From an uncultured Bacillaceae bacterium (GTDB lineage Bacteria; Bacillota; Bacilli; Bacillales; Bacillaceae_B): DNA of 64,000 nt. A model generated the notes under the pieces. The model saw only the letters and a program-made list of their open reading frames with translations, did not search any database and was not told the DNA's origin. Where the stretch lies: NCBI GenBank assembly GCA_963762295.1, contig CAVXKK010000003.1:265398-329397 (forward strand), given 5' to 3'. The position numbers and the translations under genes are program-made. This document shows, in pieces, positions 9,760 to 19,386 of this stretch. Within the stretch, counting starts at the first letter, position 1; each line of letters begins with the position of its first letter.

Positions 9760-11508
9760 ATGAGCAATCAACTTATCTTACTTAATAAAGTGTTAGATGA
9801 ATATAAAAATTCCGGTAAATTATAAAGATTTATCTGTGGCGTTTGAACGCTTTGCAACTGAACTTATCTTCAAAAATCAAGACATGGACATGGAAGAAAT
9901 AGAACATGGATTAATTAGTGGTTCTAAAGATGGAGGAATAGATGGATTCTACTTGTTTGTGAATGATGAATTAATTTTTGATATTGACCAAGTTTGACCT
10001 CTAAACAAGTCAGCATAGAATTATTTCTAATTCAATATAAGAATACTAGTAGTATTGAAGAATTAGTTTTTAGACAGGTTTCTAGGGTCTATAAGGTATA
10101 TATTTGACTTGTACAATTTCGGAAGAAGAATTAACTGAAGTTTTCAACTGAAACTTAGTCCAGAAAATTTTGCTCTTTAAGAATATATGGATGGAAACTG
10201 CTAATAAACATCCAATGATTAATGTGAAATATATACATGCATGTAAAGGTGATAAAACCAGAACCATCGGACCTAAGTCCATTAACCAAGCGTATATGAA
10301 TAAAATTAATAGAATTAATTCAGACGTTTATGAGTATGGGGGAGAAAACTACTCTGTCTCATATGAAATTATAGATTCTCACTGGTTATTAGAAGCTAAC
10401 AGAAAAGAAAAAAAATACTCACTTAATCTAAAACTAAATGAAAATCCAATTGCAATTGATTTCAAAGAGGAAAAGCAACGGGGATACATTACTTCTGTAA
10501 ATTTATATGATTATTTTAAGTTTATTTCTAATGAGGACGGCAGTCTTAGGAAGTATTTATTTGAATCAAATATTAGAGATTATCAAAACGGTACTGCCGT
10601 TAATGATGGTATGACTCAAACTGTAGCAACCGATAATGATTTGGATTTTTGGTGGTTAAATAATGGGGTCACCATTATTGCTGAAAATGGATCCTTGTCA
10701 GGTAAAACCTTACACTTAGACAACATTCAAATTGTAAATGGCTTACAAACTTCACAAACTATCTATAAAGTTCTTAAAGAAAAAGGAGATTCTAAGGATG
10801 AGAAAAGGTCCTTAATGCTAAAAATAATTATAACTGAAGATCCAAAAACAATGGACGCTGATTATAAAAGCTACCAATTCTCAGAACCAAGTTCCAACTT
10901 CATCTTTAAGGGCCACTGATCAAATACAAAGGGAAATTGAAGAGTATTTGTTATCAAAAAATTATTACTATGATAGAAGGAAGAATTTCTACAAAAATGA
11001 GGGTAAGCCAAGAAAAAAAATAATATCTATCTCTTATTTATCACAATGTTTAACCGCTCTCCTTGATAAAAACCCTTCAAAAGCAAGATCAAATCCGACA
11101 ACGCTTATAAAAGGGGATGCAGATTATAATAAGCTTTTTCATAAAGGGAGAAACTTAGAGACTTACCATAAAGTTATTGTGCTAATGAAGCAAGTAGAAG
11201 CTTATCTAAAAGAATTGATTCCTACCGATGATTTAGAAGAAAACATTAGTAATAATTTCAGATTTCACTATGGTCGTGTTTTAATTTCTTATATATTAGG
11301 CAAAGAATCCTACACAGATAAAGATTTACTATCTTTAGAATTAGAAAATATTGATTCTGAGATTTATAATGTAGCATTTAAGAGGTTAAAAGATATTGTT
11401 ATTGAATATAAGAAAACAAATTCAAAGAAAGACCTTGTTAACATATCTAAGACAATTTCTTTTAGTGAGTACATAACTAAAAATCTCTTTATAAAAGTTA
11501 CAAAATAA
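9760..11508 (+). pseudogene. AIPR (abortive infection phage resistance) family protein, interrupted by several frameshifts/stops
   Basis: GGGAGG RBS and ATG at 9760; fragments 'GSKDGGIDGFY', 'LFESNIRDYQ', 'FWWLNNGVTII', 'QIVNGLQTS', 'YYYDRRKNFYKN' are typical AIPR motifs spread over several frames. Confidence 0.82.
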
Positions 11509-11768
11509 CCTTCATATATTGATTTTTTTAAATTACAAAAACCTCCATAAACCTTTATATCTATGACATAATGCTTTTCATTACCGGTTTAAATATTTAG
11601 TACTCAGCAATTCTAAATTTCACGGCTTGAGCTATGCCTTGGTTTATCGATATTTAACGGACTATTTCAAAAATGCGAAGTAGCTCTCTCTTATATAAAA
11701 AAGTAAGGGAGGTTAATAATATCTGAATAATCTGTAAATAAAGAATGGACATGGCGCAGTTAACCACT

Positions 11769-11815
11769 AACAGACAAAAGACCCGTCCAATTCCAGTACG
11801 AGTCTTTTGTCTGTT
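11769..11815. terminator. Rho-independent terminator hairpin
   Basis: AACAGACAAAAGAC...GTCTTTTGTCTGTT followed by T run. Confidence 0.7.
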
Positions 11816-11821
11816 TTTTCT

Positions 11822-12396
11822 TTATGGCATTATGTTTGAATTTTTTCTAAATCATTAGAAATCCATTGAACGGCATCCACCAGATCGGCCGCTATGTAAT
11901 CAGCCTCGACATTCTCCCATGACTTGCGGTATTTGGTCAAAGAGGTCTTTCCCCATCCCGTCTCCACTAAAACCTTTTTGGCCCCTACACGGCTCGCAGC
12001 CAGCATATCAGAACTTCCTGTATCACCTACTATATAGCATTCTTCGAGATTTCAAACCGTATTTTTCTTTCGCCTCCAATAGTAGACCATTCTTGGCTTC
12101 TGACACTCACACCCATCCTCAGGTTTATGGGGGCAATAGAAGATATCATCCAAGTGAGCTCCTTGCCTGGCTAAATCACTCTTCATTAATTCAAATCCCT
12201 TAATCAGATCTTCTTCTGAAAAATATCCCCTGCCGACCCTTGTTTGATTAGTGAATAGAAATACATTTATCCCACTCTCGTTTAATTGTCTGATAGACTG
12301 CGGGGCCGACTCATACATGGTGAATTCAAATGGATGCATTCCGCCTCCGGTTCCACCTATTGTTCCATCCCTATCCAAGAAGACTGCTTTCATCAT
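11822..12396 (-). pseudogene. HAD-IIIA hydrolase (GmhB/histidinol-phosphatase-like), frameshifted
   Basis: 'AVFLDRDGTI', 'FTNQ', 'FYCPHKPEDGCECQKP'; C-terminal 'ADYIAADLVDAVQWI' lies in another frame. Confidence 0.8.
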
Positions 12397-12475
12397 CCAT
12401 TCCCCCTTATCAAATCAAATGAAGGCACACCATCATGTCACTAAGACAAGATTTTTTCATCCCTTTTACCCTTCA

Positions 12476-12810
12476 TCACCCAAACAAGAATACCTGAGGA
12501 ATCAAATTCAACACCCCGACCACCACGACCATCCGACTACCCCACAGTGGTTTGAAGTACCCGTCCCACGCAGGATCCTCCAGCCATTCCGCTGTTGAAA
12601 TAAAGGGACACCGCCACCATAAGGATGTTCCCAATGATCAAGTAAGGAATATAGCTGAACCGTTGCACAGATACGCCAGGACGAGGGTCACCGCGATCAT
12701 GATCCCGTACCCGGTCAACAAGCCACTCGTAAATCTTTGTGCATCGCGTAATAGGCAAATGGAAAAGCGTATAACAAGACTATGACGATTCCGATGATAT
12801 GTTTTTTCAT
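12476..12810 (-). pseudogene. Small membrane protein, frameshifted
   Basis: MKKHIIGIVIVLLYAFPFAYYAM... and 'WDGYFKPL' segments in different frames. Confidence 0.5.
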
Positions 12811-12882
12811 CTCTGGTTCTCCTCTATCCTACACTTTTATTTTGGGCACAATCGTCTCACTTCGCACCGGAAGCCGGCCGCT

Positions 12883-13862
12883 TCAACTACCCCACATTCC
12901 TGAGACCTCTTTACAAATTTCCTTTAGGTGCGCGATGAACGGTTTCGGATTATCCATATAAATGAGACACTTTCGTCACCGGCTTTTTCTGTCCAAATAC
13001 CCAAGGGAATCCACCGGTTCTTTCAAGATGATTTCATATATAGTTCATCCACCATCCCGAAGACGCGGGTAAAGACTCTCGGAAGCATGCAGACGTGGAA
13101 TACTCCATTTTAATGGATCATACTTCCCCTGCTGTCATACTGGATCCTCGCCGGCTGAATGGTAGAGATATCTGCAATATCCATGACCAATGATCTCCTC
13201 ACACCGACCTTCATGATGACTTTATTTCCATCCAGTCTAAGAGGAGAATGCCTCGCCAAATGATAGTCCCCCAGCATATACAGGATACTGTAGAAATGGA
13301 GCACCAACAGGATATTGGCCCTGATCGGATCTGTCTCCTTCAGATAGATATGAAAGACGACCCCTTCAATCAGCTGCTCATGAAGGAGGGCGATGAACAG
13401 CCAGAAGTAATTCGAACCTTTGTGGAAAGGGTAACGGCCTACCGATTCCGGCTTCCCCTTCCATTTGAACACGGCATGATAGAAAACAGACCATTCCTTT
13501 TTCCAAAGGAGCAAAAAGGGATTCTTTTCAATGATCCCTTTCCTCCAGTAGATGAAAAGAGCAGCAGATGCCGCCATCATGACAGTAAGTAAAATACAAC
13601 CTGATACAATCAAAGGACCATCCACCGCCATCACCTACACCCATTTATGTAATTGTCATCCATTTTATTATACCATGCCCCAGGCACGGCAGCTCAAATA
13701 AAAAACGCCATCCCTATTGGAATGACGCTTCTTCCCGAGTCTGGTCCCGAAGAAGATGGCACCAATCAGAAGGTGCCCACTCCCCACGATCATCCGAACA
13801 TTCATGTACGTTTGATAGTGTGGGCCATGTACCCGCCCGATCATTAAGATTATGATCGCCAC
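12883..13862 (-). pseudogene. Membrane protein, frameshifted; probably co-transcribed with the ECF sigma/anti-sigma pair
   Basis: Core ORF 13110..13634 ('LFIALLHEQLIEG') flanked by out-of-frame N- and C-terminal pieces ('IYMDNPKPF'). Confidence 0.6.
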
Positions 13863-13892
13863 TCAAAGTTCCTTTTGGGAATTCTAAAAGGA

Positions 13893-14576
13893 CTATTCCA
13901 TGCCGAACCGTTCAAGCACACTCTGATCTGTTTCTGGCAGGTCCATGCCTTCTTTCCAGATCAGCTTGCGGTCATCGGGCGTTCCAAAGTAAATGGCCTC
14001 GATTTTCACCTCGCGAATTTCTTCCTGCTCAGAAAGATCGATGAAATCATCAGCGTTTTCCAGAGCACTTGGACGAGATGCTTCTTCCTTGATCACCTGA
14101 CGCTTGCCCGTGACATAGAAATCCCCGTTACTGTTCACATCATACTTCAACGTTGAAATCCTGTACCCATCGTCTACATTCAGATGAAAAAAGATCTTCC
14201 CATCCGCCTGACTCACTTTACTGATTTCCGCGTTCTCAGTCCCGACGTTGACCACATTCCACTGGAACAGCCCCACATAAGCAAGGACGAGGCAGGCTGC
14301 GACGACAGACGTCACAAGCATCCCCTTCCAAAACGACCGCTTCTTCCCCTTCTTCCACGAGGACGCGATCCCCTTCATCACTCGGTCATCACTATTCCGG
14401 TCAACCGTCACCTTCTCCTCCACGGGCAGCCCGGCGCGCATCCGCTGAAGCTCATTCCTACACGCTTCACATTGACTCAGATGCCCTTCCACAAGGGCAC
14501 GGCTTTCCTCACTGCACACGTCATCATGATACAGGGGCAGCAGGTCTTCGATGACCCGGCATGGTACGTCCCTCAT
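13893..14576 (-). CDS. Zinc-finger (zf-HC2/ZAS) membrane anti-sigma factor
   Basis: 'CRVIEDLLPLYHD...HLSQCEAC' HxxxCxxC motif, single TM, extracellular domain. Confidence 0.9.
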   Translation of the reverse strand: MRDVPCRVIEDLLPLYHDDVCSEESRALVEGHLSQCEACRNELQRMRAGLPVEEKVTVDRNSDDRVMKGIASSWKKGKKRSFWKGMLVTSVVAACLVLAYVGLFQWNVVNVGTENAEISKVSQADGKIFFHLNVDDGYRISTLKYDVNSNGDFYVTGKRQVIKEEASRPSALENADDFIDLSEQEEIREVKIEAIYFGTPDDRKLIWKEGMDLPETDQSVLERFGME

Positions 14577-15058
14577 ACATCTTCCTCCTTCAAACGATCC
14601 TGAATTTTTTGCCGTGCCCGGTGATATGTCACCCTGGCCCAGCTTTCCGTCTTACCGAATAGCCCGCTGATGTCCCGGAAGGAAAGCTCCCCGAAAATCC
14701 GCAGGGTGAACACTTCCTTGTACGGATCTTGAAGGGAATGCAGCACTTGATGGACCCGCATCGCCTCTTCCCGGTTCTCCATAAGCCGCTCCATGACCGC
14801 GTCCCCGCTAGATTCGACCACTTCTTCCGGCACCAATCGCTTCTGTTTTGATAAATGGGTAAAGTATGTATTCTTCGCAATCTGGCACAGCCACACGCTC
14901 ATCTTGCACTGCCCCTTGAAGCCATCGATCGCCTTCAGCGCCTTGAAAAAGGTCTCCTGCGTGATCTCTTCGGCCAGCTTCTCATTGCGGCTCAAGGAAA
15001 GGATGAACGCATACACTTCCCGGAAATGCTGATCGTAAATCTTCTCAAATTCTGTCAC
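14573..15058 (-). CDS. ECF RNA polymerase sigma factor
   Basis: 'AEEITQETFFKAL', 'WLCQIAKN', region 4 'LSFRDISGLFGKTESWARVTYHRAR'; GTG start after GGGAGG. Confidence 0.93.
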   Translation of the reverse strand: MTEFEKIYDQHFREVYAFILSLSRNEKLAEEITQETFFKALKAIDGFKGQCKMSVWLCQIAKNTYFTHLSKQKRLVPEEVVESSGDAVMERLMENREEAMRVHQVLHSLQDPYKEVFTLRIFGELSFRDISGLFGKTESWARVTYHRARQKIQDRLKEEDV

Positions 15059-15080
15059 CCGGCTGCCTCCCTTCTGATGT

Positions 15081-15108
15081 ATGACCTGGTTGGTTTGGAT
15101 TCGTTACA
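15081..15108 (-). promoter_or_regulatory. Putative autoregulated ECF promoter TGTAAC-N16-GGTCAT
   Basis: Directly upstream of the sigma RBS; AAC -35 / GTC -10 cores typical of ECF promoters. Confidence 0.5.
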
Positions 15109-15256
15109 AGAATGGATGATTTTTTTTGATTTTAATCCAATTATCATCTCAATCTACTTAGTATGTAGGGGGGGGAGACGCCGTTTCACATGAAATAAGA
15201 CCAAACGATGCCAAAAATAGCCCAGATACATCGTACTCCAACTTTCCTACTCTCCT

Positions 15257-15441
15257 TTTCTACCGACTTTTTCAAATTTATTATCAACTTTAGAGATTTT
15301 ACTTCCAACTTCTCAAAATTTATTTCCAACTTTGGATTTTGGACCGTTTTCTTCTTCCAACTTCCCCTATTTATTTTCAACTACAAGCCTTTATCATCAA
15401 GTTCAATCTCTTATTACCAACTCTCTCGCATTACTTCCGAC
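15257..15441 (+). repeat. Phased 11-mer array, copy A (9 motifs, consensus TTAYTWYCRAC, spacing 21,21,21,31,20,20,20,20)
   Basis: Motifs start at 15257, 15278, 15299, 15320, 15351, 15371, 15391, 15411, 15431. Confidence 0.85.
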
Positions 15442-15542
15442 TCGCTTCTTTATTAAACCTCACATCTCACCCAAAGTATAGAAGCACCATAATCCCCACG
15501 CACCAAAAAGGCAGCCCATCCCGTGAGCTGCCTCAACACCCT

Positions 15543-16076
15543 CTAACTCTTCACCTCGTAATGCAATTCCACAAACTGATTGAACGACTGCGTCCCCTTC
15601 AGTGTAAGATCCAGTCCATGATCACCTTCCCTAAATAAAGGAATTCCCTTCCCGAGGATCACCGGCGCAACGGTAATAATAAACTCATCCACCAACCCTG
15701 CTTGGATGAACGCGTGCAGCAGTTCCCCTCCACCAACGACCCAGATATTCTTGCCGCTTCGCCCTTTTTGTTCGTCTACAAACGACCGGACATCACCATT
15801 CCGGTAGCTCACATGTTCTGTATCTTCCCAATCTGAACGGGAAAACACCACACATTCCTTCCCTTCATACGGAAATGCCTCCATCTTCTGATTCATGACC
15901 CAATCATACGTCCTCTTTCCCATCACCACTGTATCAACGGTATCGTAAAACGCGGAGAACCCATTGTCCCCCTCGCCCTCCACTTGGAAAAGCCACTCCA
16001 ATGACTCATCTTTCGTCGCGATATAGCCGTCGAGACTGCAGGCGATGAATACGACGACTTTTCGATCCTGTTTCAT
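15543..16076 (-). CDS. Dihydrofolate reductase/RibD C-terminal family protein
   Basis: 'FIACSLDGYIA', 'VMGKRTYD', 'IWVVGGGEL', 'APVILGKGIPLF'. Confidence 0.9.
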   Translation of the reverse strand: MKQDRKVVVFIACSLDGYIATKDESLEWLFQVEGEGDNGFSAFYDTVDTVVMGKRTYDWVMNQKMEAFPYEGKECVVFSRSDWEDTEHVSYRNGDVRSFVDEQKGRSGKNIWVVGGGELLHAFIQAGLVDEFIITVAPVILGKGIPLFREGDHGLDLTLKGTQSFNQFVELHYEVKS

Positions 16077-16124
16077 GCTATCTTCCTCCTTTTCATGTCC
16101 ATACATTCAGTATACGATTAAAAC

Positions 16125-16141
16125 ATGACATCCTTTGTCAT
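16125..16141. promoter_or_regulatory. Putative WYL-regulator operator ATGACA-N5-TGTCAT
   Basis: Perfect inverted repeat in the short divergent intergenic region. Confidence 0.6.
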
Positions 16142-16178
16142 ATTAATATGGACTAGTTTAATCAAAGGGGCGGATGGT

Positions 16179-17150
16179 ATGAGAGCGGACCGATTGATGA
16201 ACATCATGATCCTATTGCAGAACCAGGGGAAAATGACGGCGAATGAGTTGGCGGATGAGCTTGAGGTATCGGAGCGGACGATCCTACGGGATATGGATGC
16301 CCTGACCCATGCCGGGATCCCGATTGTATCCGAACGCGGCAAGGCTGGGGGATGGCGCCTGATGGATCACTTCCGCAGCCGCCTGAGCGGGTTGACCAGC
16401 GCCGATATGACCTCGCTCTTTCTCTCCCCATCCAAGGAACTTCTTGAAGATCTCGGCCTTCATCACTCTCTCGATACTCGGCAGAAGCTGTTCGGGGCGA
16501 TCCCCGACACCTACCGGGACGAGGCGCAGGCCATGTGGGAGAAGATCCATATCGATTCCGGCACATGGAAACCTTCCAGTGAGAAAAACCACGCCCTCAC
16601 CGTCGTGAAGCAGGCACTGTGGGAAAATAAAAAACTGTTTATCCGCTATGGGCGCACAGAAGGGGACATGAAGGAGCGGATCGTGGAACCACTGGGCCTT
16701 GTGGCAAAAGGGGGAACATGGTATCTGGTGGCTACCCGGGACGGAGAAATCCGGAATTATCGGGTCTCCCGGATCCAGCAAGCGAGCCTGGAAGAGGAGA
16801 CATTCGAGCGGCCCCCTCATTTTCACCTACCGGACTACTGGGAACAATCCAAGGCCTCTTTTGTGAAGAATCTCCCCGCCTATGAGGTGGATGTGTGGCT
16901 GCACCCTCGGATCGTCGGGAGGATCACCTTCACCGGCAAATTCGTGAAAGTAATGAAGAAAGAGCAACCTACAGACGACGGATGGATTCCCGCCACCCTG
17001 CAGTTCAATGATGAACAGGAAGCCATTGAATTCATCCTTGGGTTCTCCGATCAAATCAGGGTTGAATCCCCTCATCTGAAGGAAAAAATACTGACTGCTG
17101 CACAGGCGGTCATTGCCTTCTACCAGGACACCCCCCTCCATACAGAGTAA
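16179..17150 (+). CDS. YafY-family HTH-WYL-WCX transcriptional regulator
   Basis: 'MRADRL...ELADELEVSERTILRDM' HTH; 'VEPLGLVAKGGTWYLVA...RNYRVSRI' WYL domain. Confidence 0.93.
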   Translation: MRADRLMNIMILLQNQGKMTANELADELEVSERTILRDMDALTHAGIPIVSERGKAGGWRLMDHFRSRLSGLTSADMTSLFLSPSKELLEDLGLHHSLDTRQKLFGAIPDTYRDEAQAMWEKIHIDSGTWKPSSEKNHALTVVKQALWENKKLFIRYGRTEGDMKERIVEPLGLVAKGGTWYLVATRDGEIRNYRVSRIQQASLEEETFERPPHFHLPDYWEQSKASFVKNLPAYEVDVWLHPRIVGRITFTGKFVKVMKKEQPTDDGWIPATLQFNDEQEAIEFILGFSDQIRVESPHLKEKILTAAQAVIAFYQDTPLHTE

Positions 17151-17182
17151 AAAACGATCGCCTCTCGACTGGGCGATCGTTT
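17151..17182. terminator. Rho-independent terminator
   Basis: AAACGATCGCC...GGCGATCGTTT hairpin. Confidence 0.7.
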
Positions 17183-17269
17183 CGTCTATAGATACAGCCT
17201 GTCAACATGGAAGGCTAGGCCGGCATAAAGAAAATCACCGATCCGGACTTGGATTGCCTATCAACCGGA

Positions 17270-17971
17270 TCAAGTCCGATGCAACTGCAAAAGCCTTTTC
17301 GTGTTCGACTCTACCGTCGTGGAAGAGGTCAGTGTCTCCACATTCTTCCCTTCACTCATGAAGTAGATTGACGTTCCGAGTTCGGCAGCCACGTCCATCA
17401 TATGGGTAGAGAATAAAATGATCGATCCCTGTTGCTTCAACTCTTTCACCAATTCTACGAATCTGTTTACCCAGAAAGGATCCAGGCCGTTGGTTGGTTC
17501 GTCCATGATGAGAACCTCGGGATCGGAGAGGATGGCTTGTCCAAGGATGAGCCTCTGATGCATCCCTTTTGAGAGACTCTTCACCCGCAGCCTTGAATCG
17601 CTGCCACTTAAGCCGATCAACTCCAGTACTTCATCGACCCTGGACGATGAAACCCGGCGGACCGCTCCATAGAAGGATAGGAATTCCCTGACGGTCAACT
17701 CTTTTTGTGCGTTGAAATCATCAGGCATGTACCCGATCTTCTTCAAGTATTTTTTCTTCTCTTGTTCCAGGTTCACCTCTCCGATGGAGACACTGCCTTC
17801 ATTCGGCCGGATGGTTCCTGTCAGTATGCCGATCAACGTGCTCTTCCCTGCTCCGTTCCCTCCACACAGGACGATGCAGTCACCTGCCTTGGCCGTGATG
17901 GTACATGGGTGCAGGGCCGTCTTCTCTTTGTACCGCTTGCTGACTCCTTCAATCGATAAGGTGGGATTCAT
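17270..17971 (-). CDS. ABC ATPase, NosF-like
   Basis: GGNGAGKS, LSKGM signature, MDEPTNGLDP; last gene of the nos-like operon. Confidence 0.88.
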   Translation of the reverse strand: MNPTLSIEGVSKRYKEKTALHPCTITAKAGDCIVLCGGNGAGKSTLIGILTGTIRPNEGSVSIGEVNLEQEKKKYLKKIGYMPDDFNAQKELTVREFLSFYGAVRRVSSSRVDEVLELIGLSGSDSRLRVKSLSKGMHQRLILGQAILSDPEVLIMDEPTNGLDPFWVNRFVELVKELKQQGSIILFSTHMMDVAAELGTSIYFMSEGKNVETLTSSTTVESNTKRLLQLHRT

Positions 17972-18780
17972 GTCCGCTTCCTCCTGTTCAGTAAAATGAC
18001 GGATGCCGTGACACAGAGGACCGTCAAAATGACCGTGTAATTCCCCAAGGTAAGGAAAGAGAAGGGGGATTCCCAAAACGTCACGACTCCATCATAGGGC
18101 TGACCGAATACGGCGCCACCATCGAGCTTGATGACATAGACAATCCGGATAAGCTCAGCGGGGTTCAAGTACATGGATATCTTCATGAGCGGAGCGATCC
18201 ATGAATAGGGTACAAGGCCCAACGCATTGATCCATACGATCGGCCACACCATGATCAAGAAGAACCAGATCCCGACAGACAGGGACAGGGATTGCCATCG
18301 TGTGGCGGAGAGTGCTCCCACTGTAAAGCCGATCACGGTAAATACCCACATTAATAGACTCGAAAAGAGATAGAGAAGGACGGCCCACCTCATGGAAATC
18401 CCCCCACCCAAGAGCAAGGAGATCAAGATGCTGATACCAAAGCTGAGAGTGAATACCGTGAGCTGCGCCAAGAACTGCCCAAGCATCTTGCCCAAGACGT
18501 ATTCAATCCGATTGAGTGGATAGGTGGAGATGAGATCCCACTGTCCATTCTCTTTTTCCAACGCAACGGAAAAGGAACCTGCGATCAGCATGAAGAGCGG
18601 AATGATATACAGCGCTACGTTCATGACCGTTCCTGTCATATTGGTGTATAAGGTGAGGGAAGGAACACTTTTCTGAAGAGAAAAGAGCAGGGTCAGGACC
18701 GCAATCCATAGGATGCTGAATGAGTAATAGGACTTCTGCCTGGTCGTCGTCAGTATTTCGGTGTATAAAAAATTCCCCAT
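17968..18780 (-). CDS. ABC permease, NosY-like
   Basis: 'EKENGQWDLISTYP', 'LNPAELIR'; six TM segments. Confidence 0.8.
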   Translation of the reverse strand: MGNFLYTEILTTTRQKSYYSFSILWIAVLTLLFSLQKSVPSLTLYTNMTGTVMNVALYIIPLFMLIAGSFSVALEKENGQWDLISTYPLNRIEYVLGKMLGQFLAQLTVFTLSFGISILISLLLGGGISMRWAVLLYLFSSLLMWVFTVIGFTVGALSATRWQSLSLSVGIWFFLIMVWPIVWINALGLVPYSWIAPLMKISMYLNPAELIRIVYVIKLDGGAVFGQPYDGVVTFWESPFSFLTLGNYTVILTVLCVTASVILLNRRKRT

Positions 18781-18813
18781 GGTCCTCCTCCTTTAGCTCT
18801 TCTCCAGGCGTGA

Positions 18814-19386
18814 TCAGTGAGAATGACCTTCTCCCTCTTCTGCGTTCATATCATGTTCGTCAGAATGCCCGTCTTCTGAATCCATATCATGCTCATGATC
18901 GCCTGATTCATCATGACCTTCCATCATGTTATGGTTCATGACCCATTTATGTTTTTTCAGATCATCGGCATTCAATAGTTCTCCTGCATTCTCATCAATA
19001 TATGTTTCAGCGTCCGATTTCTTCTCGAATGAGATCATATTGTAGGCCATCGGTGTTTTCACATCTTCGTCAAACACATAGAACGCATCTTCCGTGTTGA
19101 TCCATTCTTCACTTTTGTAGTCTCGTACAAATGAAGCTTCTACGGCTTCACCTTCATTGTCCTTCATCCAGCCATACATGCATCCAATATCATCGAATAC
19201 CAGCGTTTTCCCCTTCTCTGTGAGCAACTGGGTAGCAAACTCATTATCCATGACACTCATATTGCAGACTTCACATTTATCGGTCTCTTCATTGATGGCT
19301 CTTGGCTCAGCGGCGGCTTTACCACAGGCTGCCAACAACACAACCAGAACAAATCCTGTCATCATCATATACATCTTTTTTTTCAT
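18814..19386 (-). CDS. nosL: NosL-family copper chaperone lipoprotein with His/Met/acidic-rich tail
   Basis: Lipobox LAAC; 'CEVCNM', 'FDDIGCM', 'TPMAY' NosL motifs. Confidence 0.88.
   Translation of the reverse strand: MKKKMYMMMTGFVLVVLLAACGKAAAEPRAINEETDKCEVCNMSVMDNEFATQLLTEKGKTLVFDDIGCMYGWMKDNEGEAVEASFVRDYKSEEWINTEDAFYVFDEDVKTPMAYNMISFEKKSDAETYIDENAGELLNADDLKKHKWVMNHNMMEGHDESGDHEHDMDSEDGHSDEHDMNAEEGEGHSH

Larger units (their letters stand above)
9566..11820. other. AT-rich horizontally acquired segment carrying the AIPR gene
   Basis: Abrupt, visible shift to very AT-rich sequence and codon usage relative to flanks; boundaries approximate. Confidence 0.7.

Noticed and set aside
15257-15441. 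Phased arrays as CRISPR or mini-CRISPR
   Set aside because: Repeats are only 11 bp and degenerate, spacers are 9-10 nt, and no cas genes are present in the window.
15208-15456. 82-aa ORF (and similar ORFs 15186..15380 and 41577..41834) as heptad-repeat proteins
   Set aside because: The 7-aa periodicity arises from the 21-bp pitch and collapses where the pitch becomes 20 bp; there is no convincing RBS and no equivalent ORF in copy C, so the constraint is on DNA.
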